Positions 19,001 to 29,815 are shown, counted from the stretch's first letter. The stretch is DNA of 64,000 bases from Planctomycetota bacterium (GCA_965222115.1 CBDCTJ010000007.1:2688001-2752000); one strand, 5' to 3'. A program made the numbers and translations. Notes: generated by a model from the sequence alone, not told the origin.

Positions 19001-20223
19001 CTTTCGGCTCGCTCCTTACGGAGTTGCTCATCTCGCTCACGCGCTGCCTGGCTGCGCTCAAGTGCCTCTGGATCCGCCGCGTGTTCGATCGCCGAACGCT
19101 CCTCACCCGCCGTGTAGCGTGCAGCGAAGGCCTCATGCCAGTCATCAAATGTTCCCGCCTCAATCTCTTTGCGTGCGCGCCGGACGAGATTCAGGAGGAA
19201 CGCCAGGTTGTGCAGGGATCCAAGTGTGATTGCGGACTGTTCGCGGGACTTGAATAGATGGCGCAGGTAGCCTCGGGAGTAGTTGCGACTGACGGCGTGG
19301 GGGGTTTCCGCATCAATCGGGCGGTCATCGCGCTCGTACTTGCGCGCACCTATGCGAATCACGCCGTCGTGCGTATAGAGATAACCCCGGCGACCATTGC
19401 GAGTAGGTAGCACGCAATCGAACATGTCAATCCCCGATGCGATGGCATGGAGCATGTCTAACGGATGTCCCACGCCCATGAGGTAACGCGGTTTGTTGGG
19501 TGGCAATCGTCTCGCCGTGTGCTTGACCACCCGGTACTGAGTCTCCTTCGACTCGCCAACAGCCAATCCGCCAATCGCGTAGCCAGGCAACTCCAGCGCT
19601 ACAAGTGCGTCCGTCGACAGTTCGCGAAGCGCCTCGTCATCCCCGCCCTGCACAATCCCAAAAAGCAGTTGGTCGTTACGCGTACGCGCCCTCATGGCAA
19701 GTTCCGTCCAGCGCGTCGTGCGGTGAACAGCCGCCTCCATGTCATCGCGTGAAGCCGGTAGACCCACACAGTGATCAAACGCCATGATGATGTCGGCACC
19801 GAGGGCTTCTTGAATGGCGATCGAGCGAGCAGGCGTTAGATTCATGATGGATCCGTCAAGATGACTCTTCACCTTGACGCCGTCTTCACGAAGCTTCACC
19901 AGCGCGCCCAGCGAAAAGACTTGATAGCCACCTGAATCCGTCAACCACGGGCGCTGCCAACCTGTAAAGCCATGCAACCCGCCCATGTCCTCAATGAGTG
20001 CTTCACCGGGGCGCTGATGCAAGTGGTAGGTGTTGGCGACGAGCAAATCGGGGCGTAGCTCGTCCAACTGCTCATTCGTCACGCCCTTGAGCGAAGCGCG
20101 CGTCGCGACCGGCATAAAGGCCGGGGTTTGCACGGTGCCATGCGCGGTTTCGAAGGTCGTCACGCGTGCGTCACCGCACTTGGCGAGGCAATGAAATGAC
20201 GGCGAATGGGATGTGGGGGACAC
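18997..20223 (-). CDS. tgt: tRNA-guanine transglycosylase
   Basis: TPAFMPV, NTYHL, DSGGYQVFSL, GIVQGG, RYLMGVG, FDCVLPTRNGR. Confidence 0.96.
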   Translation of the reverse strand: MSPTSHSPSFHCLAKCGDARVTTFETAHGTVQTPAFMPVATRASLKGVTNEQLDELRPDLLVANTYHLHQRPGEALIEDMGGLHGFTGWQRPWLTDSGGYQVFSLGALVKLREDGVKVKSHLDGSIMNLTPARSIAIQEALGADIIMAFDHCVGLPASRDDMEAAVHRTTRWTELAMRARTRNDQLLFGIVQGGDDEALRELSTDALVALELPGYAIGGLAVGESKETQYRVVKHTARRLPPNKPRYLMGVGHPLDMLHAIASGIDMFDCVLPTRNGRRGYLYTHDGVIRIGARKYERDDRPIDAETPHAVSRNYSRGYLRHLFKSREQSAITLGSLHNLAFLLNLVRRARKEIEAGTFDDWHEAFAARYTAGEERSAIEHAADPEALERSQAARERDEQLRKERAES

Positions 20224-20291
20224 GAGTTGCCTAGTTCACAGTCCCTTGAAGAAGCTGCTGTCCGTTACCCTGATGCTGCGTGATAGGACGC

Positions 20292-20897
20292 CTAATCGCG
20301 CAGCGGCTTCATCTTGCTCGCGAGCCGCCACCCGCCGTCAACAAATACGAACGACCAAAGCTTCATGCCCGCCAATTCACCCGGCTCAACGAATTTGACC
20401 GAGTAGAGTTTGACTGGGTTCTTCATCGCCTTCAGTGCCGACACCTGAAGACCTGTGGCAAGCGTGCTCGAAGCGTTATCGACTGAGATAACATCCACCA
20501 CCGTCTTACCCGATTCATGGACGCCCTTAAACAAGGACGTAAGCTGGCCAATACTCTCGGCTGCCTTGTCGTAATCGTCGCCGAGCTTGGACCCCATCTC
20601 CTCTCCAAAGACGTGCTTAAACCAGGCCTTGTGGTTCGGGATGAGCAGCGCTTTACAGTCGTCTACGACGTCTTCACCTGCAGCCACCTTCTTCAAAATG
20701 GCGACCATATGGTCCCGAAGTCCGGTATTGGATTCTGTGACGGAGGTCGATTCGGGAGCGACCGCCGTACCGCTTGACGACGTAGTTGCGGCGTTGTCCC
20801 CTTTGGACGTGCCTGACGTGTCATCGCCGCCGCATCCGATCGAAATGGCGGCAAGGAAAAGGAGGGACAAAACGGTGCGTGGAGTGGAGTTGTGCAT
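20292..20897 (-). CDS. lipoprotein, unknown function
   Basis: lipobox-like ISIGC followed by a Ser/Thr-rich linker. Confidence 0.7.
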   Translation of the reverse strand: MHNSTPRTVLSLLFLAAISIGCGGDDTSGTSKGDNAATTSSSGTAVAPESTSVTESNTGLRDHMVAILKKVAAGEDVVDDCKALLIPNHKAWFKHVFGEEMGSKLGDDYDKAAESIGQLTSLFKGVHESGKTVVDVISVDNASSTLATGLQVSALKAMKNPVKLYSVKFVEPGELAGMKLWSFVFVDGGWRLASKMKPLRD

Positions 20898-20962
20898 GCG
20901 TCTACCATAATCACGCTGTGGGCGCGTCGTCAACGACTCGTCACCGTCCCAAAGGAGGCAAG

Positions 20963-21694
20963 ATGGCTGCAAAACGTGGATCAACGAAACGCGCGTCCGC
21001 AACGCGTACCCGGAAGGCGCCCTTCGGACCCGGACTCATGCGGTTTCTCAAGGAGCTACAGGCCAACAACACGCGCGATTGGTTTGCCGAGAACAAAGAG
21101 CGCTACGAGACGCACGTCCGCGAACCTGCCTTGGCATTTATTCGCGCGATGGAAAAGCCGCTTGAGAAGATCTCGCCCCACTTCGTGGCGAGCGATCGCA
21201 AGGTCGGGGGATCGCTGATGCGCGTGCATCGAGACGTCCGCTTCTCCAAGGACAAGTCCCCCTACAAGACCAACCTCGGCATTCAGTTTCGGCACGAGTC
21301 TGGCAAGGATGTCCACGCGCCGGGCTTCTACCTTCACGTCGATCCAACGAATGTCTTTTTGGGCGCCGGTATGTGGCACCCGGATGCATCGGCCCTTAAA
21401 GCCATGCGCGAGGCGATCGATGCCGATGGCGCCGCCTGGAAGCGGGCTTCGCGAGCCAAGCGCCTACGTGACAACTGGGAACTCGCAGGGGACAGCCTCA
21501 AGCGCGCACCCAAGGGTTATCCAATAGACCATCCATTGATCGAGGATCTGCGGCGCAAGGACCACATTGCGGTCTGCAACCTCAAAAAATCGGATGTGAC
21601 GCGCGCCGATCTCGTGACGTTCCTTGCGCAGCGCTTTCGAGACGTTCGCAGCTACATGGCATTCCAGGCAGAGGCGTTGGGGCTACCTTTTTGA
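20963..21694 (+). CDS. DUF2461 (TIGR02453) family protein
   Basis: NNTRDWF..NKERY, RVHRDVRFSKDKSPYK; AAGGAGG SD. Confidence 0.92.
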   Translation: MAAKRGSTKRASATRTRKAPFGPGLMRFLKELQANNTRDWFAENKERYETHVREPALAFIRAMEKPLEKISPHFVASDRKVGGSLMRVHRDVRFSKDKSPYKTNLGIQFRHESGKDVHAPGFYLHVDPTNVFLGAGMWHPDASALKAMREAIDADGAAWKRASRAKRLRDNWELAGDSLKRAPKGYPIDHPLIEDLRRKDHIAVCNLKKSDVTRADLVTFLAQRFRDVRSYMAFQAEALGLPF

Positions 21695-21863
21695 ACGCAT
21701 GTGAACCGCGCCGCGAAGCCTTGCGCCGCAGTGTGCCGTTGGGCCGCGGAGTTTGGGGCCACGCGTTTGGGCGCTGTTGGGTGGGGGGCGCGCATGCTCA
21801 TTTTCTGCTCGCGAGTTGGACTTTTTTGGTGCGGCAAAACCCCTGCGCGGGGAAGATCACGGC

Positions 21864-23207
21864 GTGAACGGTCGCACCCCCGAGTCTGCCCCGAACGCTG
21901 TGGATCCCGCTGTAACGCCGGAGGCCGCGCTTCGTCGTCGCGCGTCCACCGTCCAGGCGCCTTCGTCCGCGACGGATTCGCGGCGAGCGGCCACCGGCCC
22001 GGTGCCACTTATGGATCCGTCGCGAGTGTATGCTTCGTGGGGCCCCGAAGCAGAAACCGAAGTCGTTCAGATTCTTCGAAGCCAGCGCTACGTGCGTGGC
22101 ATCCATGTAGAGCGACTTGAAGCGGAGTTTGCGGCCTATGTGGGCGTGCGCCACGCCATCGCGCTCGATTCCTGCACCGACGCGCTCACGCTGGCATTGC
22201 AAGCCTGTTTCGAGGGACGTCCCGCAAGTCAGCGTGAGGTGATCCTTCCGTCATTTACATTCATCGCCACCGCGGGGGCTGTTGTCAACGCGGGTGGCAT
22301 CCCACGCTTCGCCGATGTCGATCTCGATACGCATTGTATTGATCCCAAGAGCGTGGATGCGCTGCTCGGTCCCCAAACCGCGGCGATCATTCCCGTGCAT
22401 CTATTTGGTATGCCTGCGGATATGCATGCCCTCGATGAGGTGCTCATCGCGGCAGGACGGCGCGAGCACGTGTTCGTGCTGGAAGATGCCGCACAGTCCA
22501 TTCACGCCGATATCCGTCTGCCTGCCCAAAGTCACGCGAGGACGACAGGCGGCAGTAACGGGTCGAGTCACGCCGCAAATGGTGTTTCGCATGGCTCAGG
22601 CTCCGCGCTTCGAACAGGCGCCATCGGCGACGCGGGTACGTTCTCGTTCTACCCATCCAAGAACGTGGGCGCCGCGGGCGACGCCGGCATGTTGGTCACC
22701 AACAGCGAAGCCATCAATGGGTTGGCCCGTAGTCTTCGCAACCACGGGCAGGCCGACGTTGCGTACGAATACGAACGCGTGGGCACCAACAGCCGCATGG
22801 ACGAAATTCAAGCTGCAGTTCTGCGCATCAAACTGCTCCATGTCGCGGCGTGGACCGAGGCGCGTCAGGCGATTGCGGCTCGCTATGAGCAAGCTTTTTC
22901 ATCAACGCTCGCCGTACAGTGTCAGGGTAAGACGCCGGGCGCCCGCTCGGCCTATCACCTCTTTACGATCCGCGTGCCCGGGCGGGATCACGTGCGCGGT
23001 GCAATGGAGGAAGCGGGGATTGCAACGGGGATCTACTACCCCAATCCACTCCACAGCCAACACTGCTTTGCCTCCTACTCACAAGACCCGTGCCCCAACA
23101 CCGAGCGCCTCAGCGGGGAGGTGCTGTCGCTTCCGTGCTTCCCTGGCCTCTCCATCGATGAGCAGCAGCGAGTCATCGACGCCACATTGGACGCCATAGG
23201 CGATTAG
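21864..23207 (+). CDS. DegT/DnrJ/EryC1/StrS sugar aminotransferase
   Basis: PSFTFIAT, PVHLFG, EDAAQS, SFYPSKN, NSRMDEIQAA; start may be 22011. Confidence 0.92.
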   Translation: MNGRTPESAPNAVDPAVTPEAALRRRASTVQAPSSATDSRRAATGPVPLMDPSRVYASWGPEAETEVVQILRSQRYVRGIHVERLEAEFAAYVGVRHAIALDSCTDALTLALQACFEGRPASQREVILPSFTFIATAGAVVNAGGIPRFADVDLDTHCIDPKSVDALLGPQTAAIIPVHLFGMPADMHALDEVLIAAGRREHVFVLEDAAQSIHADIRLPAQSHARTTGGSNGSSHAANGVSHGSGSALRTGAIGDAGTFSFYPSKNVGAAGDAGMLVTNSEAINGLARSLRNHGQADVAYEYERVGTNSRMDEIQAAVLRIKLLHVAAWTEARQAIAARYEQAFSSTLAVQCQGKTPGARSAYHLFTIRVPGRDHVRGAMEEAGIATGIYYPNPLHSQHCFASYSQDPCPNTERLSGEVLSLPCFPGLSIDEQQRVIDATLDAIGD

Positions 23208-23373
23208 CCCGACTGTTTTGGGTCCATGTTGACCCAGATCAACGTTTTTTGCTCGATGTTGATCGGCTTCGACGTATTTCAGGGTAAGCGCGCGCGAAAC
23301 GGCAGATCGTCGGCCATGGCACGGTGGGCATGGTGAGTGCGTAGCCGCAGGCATGTTGACGGGCATACGCACC

Positions 23374-23760
23374 ATGAAAGAACGTAGACGAGATCCCCGC
23401 ATCCCTGCGACTGCACTTGTGCGTCTGGCCTCGCGCGACGAGCCGGGCGACCGTGGGGCCGCGAACATTGTGGTGGCGAACCTGCTGGACGTGAGCGCAG
23501 GCGGACTCCGCGCCTCGTGCCCCACCGGCTCTCGCCTGGATGTGGGTTCGGAAGTGGTGGTCGAGATTCAACTTGACGAAGAGGGCGATCGCCGAGCCGC
23601 ACCACCCAGCGTTGATCTCCGCGGCACCGGCGTCGTCGTTCGCATGCGCAAGGCCGCCAGCGACGGGTCCGATGGAAAAGGCGGCGCTTGTGTCACGGCG
23701 CTTCGATTCATCGGCCCGCTCACAATGCGCGAACCGTTCGCAAACATGCTGCTTTTCTAG
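23374..23760 (+). CDS. PilZ domain protein
   Basis: ERRRDPR (RxxxR) and DVSAGG (DxSxxG). Confidence 0.85.
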   Translation: MKERRRDPRIPATALVRLASRDEPGDRGAANIVVANLLDVSAGGLRASCPTGSRLDVGSEVVVEIQLDEEGDRRAAPPSVDLRGTGVVVRMRKAASDGSDGKGGACVTALRFIGPLTMREPFANMLLF

Positions 23761-23878
23761 TCGAGTGTTTGACGTCAAGGCTGTGAGGGCCAAAACGGCG
23801 AGCGCCCTCGATTGGCCTGAACCAACAAGGGCGCGTTGCATCCATCACGTGTAGCGGAAATTTCCGGTTGCGTTTGCG

Positions 23879-24442
23879 CTACCGCAGGGCGAGTAGCGTA
23901 AACCCATGATTCACGAGAATCGCAGTGGTCGATGAGAAGATCTGGACGATGATTCCCTCATTGCCATTGGCAAGTGTCCCTACTTGTACTTCAAGGTTAC
24001 GGCTGAGGCCGAACCCATGGGTCATCGTGGCGCTGAGGTAGGCTTGGTTTAGGAACTGCGCGCGCGCAAGTGCCGTGATGTTGGTGAGGTCGATCTCGTA
24101 GTAGCCCGGATTGGGGCGCGTAACGACGGGGATCATGTCACTCGTGGCAGCATAGCTTTCGACGTTGGCGCTAGCATCGACCTTGATCGCCAGACGCGGA
24201 CGAATCAAGTGGATGTTGTCCAGTTCCGACCTGTTCTGCGTAATGCGCGAATCGTTGTCATTCACCGCGCTGGCAATGGCCGTGAAGTTGGCGTTGACTT
24301 CATCCGCAGAGGCCACCGTGCCCGGTACAAACGTATGTGGCAGGGTCACGCTGCTTGCGAGGCTGACGCCCGCAATGATGGCAACGACGAGCAGTGACGG
24401 CATGAGCAATGAAGCAATGGGGGTAGGGCGTTGGGTGAACAT
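23879..24442 (-). CDS. exported hypothetical protein
   Basis: AAGGAG SD; signal peptide; PHTFVPGTVASADEVNANF motif. Confidence 0.75.
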   Translation of the reverse strand: MFTQRPTPIASLLMPSLLVVAIIAGVSLASSVTLPHTFVPGTVASADEVNANFTAIASAVNDNDSRITQNRSELDNIHLIRPRLAIKVDASANVESYAATSDMIPVVTRPNPGYYEIDLTNITALARAQFLNQAYLSATMTHGFGLSRNLEVQVGTLANGNEGIIVQIFSSTTAILVNHGFTLLALR

Positions 24443-24487
24443 AGAAACTCCTTGATACGGCGGTACTGGCGAAAGGCGGGCGGCGGG

Positions 24488-24625
24488 CTACGCCCACTGC
24501 CCCTGATTCCACTGAAGGCTGTCCCAGTTGTTGGTGGGTACGTCGAAATCGGAACCACCGCCGCTGCTTCCACATCCAGCGAGGGTGAGGCAAACGAGGG
24601 CAAGGGCGAGAGCGAGCATACGCAT
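24488..24625 (-). CDS. 45-aa lipoprotein with Trp-rich tail
   Basis: GGAG SD; LAGC lipobox; NNWDSLQWNQGQWA. Confidence 0.7.
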   Translation of the reverse strand: MRMLALALALVCLTLAGCGSSGGGSDFDVPTNNWDSLQWNQGQWA

Positions 24626-24814
24626 GGGAATCTCCAAAGGCGCCGACACGCGTCGGACATAGGGGAGTGCCCGGAGTCCCAAGGAACTTGCAGAAATAAA
24701 GATTTTTGAATTTCGGGATGGGCTCTCGTCGAGTGGATGTGCGTGATATGACCTATCGCCAGCGACCGTAAATCCGCCTAGACTCTTCGCATCGAATCAC
24801 CGCGACCATTCGCC

Positions 24815-27800
24815 ATGCGCGTCATAGGGCCCATGCTCGGCGCGTTGCTGATCTTTGGCACATCGTCCGTCTCCTCCGTGTTTGGCGCTCCGCAAACCGA
24901 CGAACAGGTTGCCGATGCGGCGAATGAGATTCATGCGGCATGGTCGACGAAGGATGACGCGTTTGATGCGCTCGTTCGAAGAGGATTGCCCGATCGTTTT
25001 CAGGTGATTCTTGCCGTTGCACTGAATGCCCGCGATACGGAATCACGAAAGCAGGTTCTTGAGGCCATGGCGGCATCGCTGCGTCGTGACGATGCCCATG
25101 CGGGTGCCGCGACGGAGGCCGACTACTGGGCTCAAGCATCGGAGGCGCGCCTGAAGGTGGAGCGAAATCGGCTTCGCGCGCTGCAATCCTATAAGCATCG
25201 CTTGAATCAAGGAGCGGTCGATGCGCGCTTTGGTGACGGCTTGAGCGACGAGGATGCATCCAGTGTTCCTCGATCGGTGGTGCAACCTCTGGCGGTGTTG
25301 TTCAAGTTGCGTGCGCTGACGAAGGCGGATCGCACAGATGCCGCCCTCCGAGAAGCTCAACAACTCGCCATCACGGTGAGGATTCGGCGCTGGCACTACC
25401 TCGGCGTTCGCCTCGAACAGGCACGCGCGGAGGCCCTGCGCGCGGCGAAACGACCGAGCGAAGCCGTTGATGCCTACCGCCGAATGGCTGACCACGCTGC
25501 CTTGTTGAAAAGCAGTGAGCACGAGTCGCTCGCGCTTCAGTTTGCGATCGTCTTGCTGACCCATCAAGGCCGCATGGCACAACGCTACGCGCTGGGGCTC
25601 CGATTGCATGAACTGGCACTCCGTTCCGCACCCAAGTCAGCGCAGCTTGCAAGCGAGTTGTGGCTGACCGACTGCGAACACCGTCTTGGCGAATTTGGCA
25701 AAGGGGTCGCGCGCGCCAAACGTGTTATGGACGCGGCAAAGAAGATTGATGTCCCGGACGTGTACCGTCGCGCGCGTACACAACTTCTGTCGTTACGCCG
25801 ATCCCAGGGTCAGTTTGGTGAAGCGCTTAAAATCGCCGACGAGATCCGTAGTGAACCCGCATTTGCCGATCCGTCTACCCGCGACGTCCGTGATGTCATG
25901 GCGATCGCGCAGTTGTTTCGAGACGTCGGACAGGAATCCGAAGCCCTACGTCTATGCCAGACGGCGCTGACGCATGCCTCAAGCGCCCGGCAGCGGGCGC
26001 GCACGTCGAGCGCCATGCTGCTGGGATTGACAGCCTCGTTATTGAACCAAGTCGGCAAGCAGGACGAGTCGCGGGAACTGCACGAGCGAACCGCCAAAGT
26101 CTATCGATCGTTGAATCAGCCGCACAGGCTCATGGAATCCTTAACTGCGCTTGTCCAGTTCGATCTGGATAAGGGAGACATCGATGCGGCACGCAACCGA
26201 GCAGACGAGGTCCGGCGACTATCTGAACGTCTTTCACGCGGGAAACAAGCGAGCGCTCTGGAGCTGGTTGGGCGCGTGCAGTTTGCGGCAGGTCAGTTCG
26301 AGGCATGCGCCCTGACCCTTCGGTCCGCCCTCCAACTCACCAAATCCGACGAGTCTCAACCAGCGATCGATGCATACCGACTGGCGCTGCTCGGCAAGGC
26401 CCATGATCGCCTTGGACACGACGCGACGGCACTGAAGCTGCATCGAGGTGCCACGGAAACGCTTGTTCGCATCGCCACTGGAATAGGCGAACGCCATGCA
26501 CTGGCGCTACGCACACGGGCGCACGACGTGGCCATGGCGGGCGTGACGTGTGCACAGCGCTTACAGCGCCCGGGCGATCTTTGGTGGTTTCGCGAGGCGG
26601 GTCACTCACTCTTACTCGCAGATTTCATTGAGAATCGCGACGATCACTCGCAGGCCAATCTTCCTCCTCAAGCGCGTGCGGATGAAGAGACTGCCCTGCG
26701 CAGACTCTCTAGCGCGCAGACGCGTTTACTCTCCGGTATCGTGGGGGACGAGCGCCAAAGGGAAGCGCAAGAGACGTTTCGTGACGCACGCAAGCACTAT
26801 GAATCGATCGTGCAGCGCTCCGATCGTCTGCTCCGTGAACAGCGTGGGTGGCGTCGTGCGAAGCCTGTAGCGCTGGACGTATTTCAACGATATCTGGCAC
26901 CGCAACAAGCCGCGCTGGCCTACGTTCTGGCTGGTGATCGAATCTTGGGTTCTTGCATCACGAATCTGCGAGTTGCAACGCACGATCTTGGGCATGCAAA
27001 AGAAGTGACACGACTCGTTTCGGCGTGGCGTGACCTTGCTTCGGCGCCCGGTGGACCCACGAATACGCTCGGCGCAATACTCTACGACCGCCTCATGAGA
27101 CCTTTCGAGAAGGCATTGAATGCATGCTCGTCGATCCTCGTACTGCCGGCGGGTGCGCTTGCGAATCTTCCGTTCAGTGGTCTTGTGTGCGAGCGTAAGC
27201 ACAAGAACACTGGCGTGACGTACGTTCTCGATCGTTGGCGGGTGAGCTATGTACCGTCGGGCACGGTCTATGTCGCGTTGTCCACCGCCCGCTCTGAACG
27301 CAAAATGGGGACTGGCTTGTTGGCTGTGGGCGATCCGGACTACAGCGAGTCAGGCGCCCATTGGGTGGAGTCGCTAGGAGGCACGCAGGCGGAAATCCGT
27401 GCCATTGCGTCGCTTTACCCTAAGGATCAGCAACTCGTCTTGGCGGGTACGGACGCCACGGTCGCCAATTGGGAGCAAGCTCGCTCAAGTGACAAGGCGT
27501 GGCGCGCGGTGCATGTCGCGTGTCATGGACTCGTTGATACAGAACGACCCTGGTTGAGTGGTCTGGTGTTTTCGGGCGGGCACGTGTTGAGTATCGAGCA
27601 GGTGTGTAGACGCCGACTTCTGTCCGATGTTGTGGTGCTATCGGCATGTGAAACGGCCTACGGTACGAGCCGTCGAGGGGAGGGTGTTATGGCGATGACA
27701 CGTGCTTTCTTCCAGGCAGGTGTTCCTAGTGTGGTTGCATCGACGTGGGCCGTGTCTGATGCAGCTACGGGCGGGCTGATGGCGACGTTTCATCGATCAT

Positions 27801-27922
27801 GGCAGCAACCGCTAGCCCAAGCATCCTCAGCATTGAGAAACGCCCGCCTATCGCTACGTCGGCAACATGGTCATTATGCGCATCCCTACTTCTGGGCGCC
27901 ATTCGTGCTCTGGGGCAGATAG
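24815..27922 (+). CDS. TPR-CHAT (caspase-like) protease with signal peptide
   Basis: helical repeats; LPFSGL, HVACHG, VVLSACET, VVASTWAVSD, HPYFWAPF. Confidence 0.92.
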   Translation: MRVIGPMLGALLIFGTSSVSSVFGAPQTDEQVADAANEIHAAWSTKDDAFDALVRRGLPDRFQVILAVALNARDTESRKQVLEAMAASLRRDDAHAGAATEADYWAQASEARLKVERNRLRALQSYKHRLNQGAVDARFGDGLSDEDASSVPRSVVQPLAVLFKLRALTKADRTDAALREAQQLAITVRIRRWHYLGVRLEQARAEALRAAKRPSEAVDAYRRMADHAALLKSSEHESLALQFAIVLLTHQGRMAQRYALGLRLHELALRSAPKSAQLASELWLTDCEHRLGEFGKGVARAKRVMDAAKKIDVPDVYRRARTQLLSLRRSQGQFGEALKIADEIRSEPAFADPSTRDVRDVMAIAQLFRDVGQESEALRLCQTALTHASSARQRARTSSAMLLGLTASLLNQVGKQDESRELHERTAKVYRSLNQPHRLMESLTALVQFDLDKGDIDAARNRADEVRRLSERLSRGKQASALELVGRVQFAAGQFEACALTLRSALQLTKSDESQPAIDAYRLALLGKAHDRLGHDATALKLHRGATETLVRIATGIGERHALALRTRAHDVAMAGVTCAQRLQRPGDLWWFREAGHSLLLADFIENRDDHSQANLPPQARADEETALRRLSSAQTRLLSGIVGDERQREAQETFRDARKHYESIVQRSDRLLREQRGWRRAKPVALDVFQRYLAPQQAALAYVLAGDRILGSCITNLRVATHDLGHAKEVTRLVSAWRDLASAPGGPTNTLGAILYDRLMRPFEKALNACSSILVLPAGALANLPFSGLVCERKHKNTGVTYVLDRWRVSYVPSGTVYVALSTARSERKMGTGLLAVGDPDYSESGAHWVESLGGTQAEIRAIASLYPKDQQLVLAGTDATVANWEQARSSDKAWRAVHVACHGLVDTERPWLSGLVFSGGHVLSIEQVCRRRLLSDVVVLSACETAYGTSRRGEGVMAMTRAFFQAGVPSVVASTWAVSDAATGGLMATFHRSWQQPLAQASSALRNARLSLRRQHGHYAHPYFWAPFVLWGR

Positions 27923-27951
27923 ACGTCACCGCGAACTGATCGCTTCCACGC

Positions 27952-28893
27952 ATGGGCATCTATCATGCGGCGATGAACGAAGCACTCCCGCAATCAGCCC
28001 ATGCGTTGTTGCGTGCCGGGTTCGATGCGGGGCGTGTTGCGTTCGGCCCCCTGGATCTCACGTTCGACTCCTATGCGTCCGACGTGGTGCAACTCGTTCG
28101 ACGTGCTCGTGAGGCGCTGGGACTTGAGACAACCCCCGATGACCTCATCGTGGCGCTGAAGTACCGTGCACTGAAAGATCTCACGCTTGCGCGCGCGTGC
28201 GAAGCCGGATGCGAACGTGCATGGGGCGTCTTGGTCAGCGTTTACCAACCCCGGCTCGTCTCACACGTCCAACGTCGTGGCGGACGAGGGGCCACACCAT
28301 TACATACCGTGAGTGCCCTGTTATCGGATCTCGCACTTCGCCCTCCGTCGGGCAAGGGGCGCACGCAGATGGGGACCTATGCGGGCATGGGGGCACTTGG
28401 TGCATGGCTCGCTACGCAAGTTGCGCGGCGCCTATGGAAGGATCGCCGCCGACGAGATCGAGACGGTTCCACCTCGTTCGTAGATCGTGAGCGCGACGCC
28501 CGAGCTTCGCCGGTTTGGGCGGGCTCCGTGTCGGCCGAAACCGCGGCTGCATTGGAATTGGCGCTCGACGGCGCGTGGAAAGCCCTTACTGCCGAAGAGC
28601 GCACGTGCACGCTACTCAAGCATCGGCATGGATGTGCCCAACGGCGCATTGCGACCCTACTTGGCATGAAGGAATACCAAGTCAGTCGGATTGTCAAGCG
28701 CGCGAGCGAGAAGCTCAAAGCGGCAATCGTGCACGGGGTTCGGCGACCCTCGTCGGACGAATCGTCCACATGGGATCACTTAAAGGCGCGTCTGGAAAAT
28801 AAGCTTGCGACTTTTGAGGCGCTCGAGCCACTCCCAGGTGGCGCCCCGTCCACAGAAACGCTGCCCTCAGAAACGGACCCTTATGACCGATGA
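27952..28893 (+). CDS. ECF-type sigma-70 factor
   Basis: DLTLARACEAG..AW, YAGMGALGAWL, region 4 HTH QRRIATLLGMKEYQVSR. Confidence 0.8.
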   Translation: MGIYHAAMNEALPQSAHALLRAGFDAGRVAFGPLDLTFDSYASDVVQLVRRAREALGLETTPDDLIVALKYRALKDLTLARACEAGCERAWGVLVSVYQPRLVSHVQRRGGRGATPLHTVSALLSDLALRPPSGKGRTQMGTYAGMGALGAWLATQVARRLWKDRRRRDRDGSTSFVDRERDARASPVWAGSVSAETAAALELALDGAWKALTAEERTCTLLKHRHGCAQRRIATLLGMKEYQVSRIVKRASEKLKAAIVHGVRRPSSDESSTWDHLKARLENKLATFEALEPLPGGAPSTETLPSETDPYDR

Positions 28894-29815
28894 CCAGCTG
28901 ATAGCGGCTCTTCTTCGCCATCTTGACGCCGGGGGAGAACTCCCGGCGATGGATTTTCCCTACGATGACCTCTTGGCGGGACTCGCATCGGGAACGCTCC
29001 TCGACGATGAACGTGCAAAGGCCCTTCAGTTGCTGGACCGCGAGCCTGCATTCCGCGAATTGTTGGCTGAGATTTGCGAGACAGATGGTGAGGCCCAACC
29101 CAGCACGACGTCGGCGCCCAACGAGCCGCTCCGGCGCTGGTTCCCGTTGGGCGTGGCGGCGGCGCTGATCCTGGGTGTGGGCGCCGCGGTGTTCTTCCTC
29201 ACCCGCGAGCCTCGTCCCGCCACGCTCGAAGCGCAACTTGTTGCTTACGTGGATACGCTAACGCAGTCACACCCCAAGCTCTTCGAGGGATTCTCTCCCG
29301 CAACATCGAAGGATCGACTTGCGCCTTACGATCGCGTGCGTCGTGGAGCACCCACACTCATAGCGCCCCACGGTGCCTTGATTTCAGGACGACCCACATT
29401 TCGTTGGAAAGCGGTTCACGGCGCCACGTCTTATGTAGTGACGGTTGTGAGTGAGACGGGTGACACGCTCATCAAGGAATCTTGCGAGTCGACCGAACTC
29501 GCTTGGCCGGAGCATGAATCGGAACTTCCCCCGGGCAAGTATGTTTGGAAGTTGGTGGCGAAAACGCCCGCGCGCCGTGCAACGGCCGCCATGGCGATTC
29601 ATCGGTTGAGTCAAGATGAATCGCGTCGGTATCGCGAAGGGCTGGCGGCGATCAACGTGCGCGGCGGACCCCTAGCGTCTCTGACGGCATCGCAGTGGGC
29701 AGCCCACTGGGAACGTTGGTCCGAGGCGCATCAACTGCTGCAAGATGCACCAGATAACCATGCTCTAGTTCGGGAAACGCGAGCGTGGATTCGGTCCTAC
29801 CTCAAGCCCAAGTGA
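28883..29815 (+). CDS. putative membrane-anchored anti-sigma factor
   Basis: overlaps sigma stop; short N-terminal domain, one TM (LGVAAALILGV), extracytoplasmic Ig-like LIAP.G..RPTFRW. Confidence 0.65.
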   Translation: MTDDQLIAALLRHLDAGGELPAMDFPYDDLLAGLASGTLLDDERAKALQLLDREPAFRELLAEICETDGEAQPSTTSAPNEPLRRWFPLGVAAALILGVGAAVFFLTREPRPATLEAQLVAYVDTLTQSHPKLFEGFSPATSKDRLAPYDRVRRGAPTLIAPHGALISGRPTFRWKAVHGATSYVVTVVSETGDTLIKESCESTELAWPEHESELPPGKYVWKLVAKTPARRATAAMAIHRLSQDESRRYREGLAAINVRGGPLASLTASQWAAHWERWSEAHQLLQDAPDNHALVRETRAWIRSYLKPK

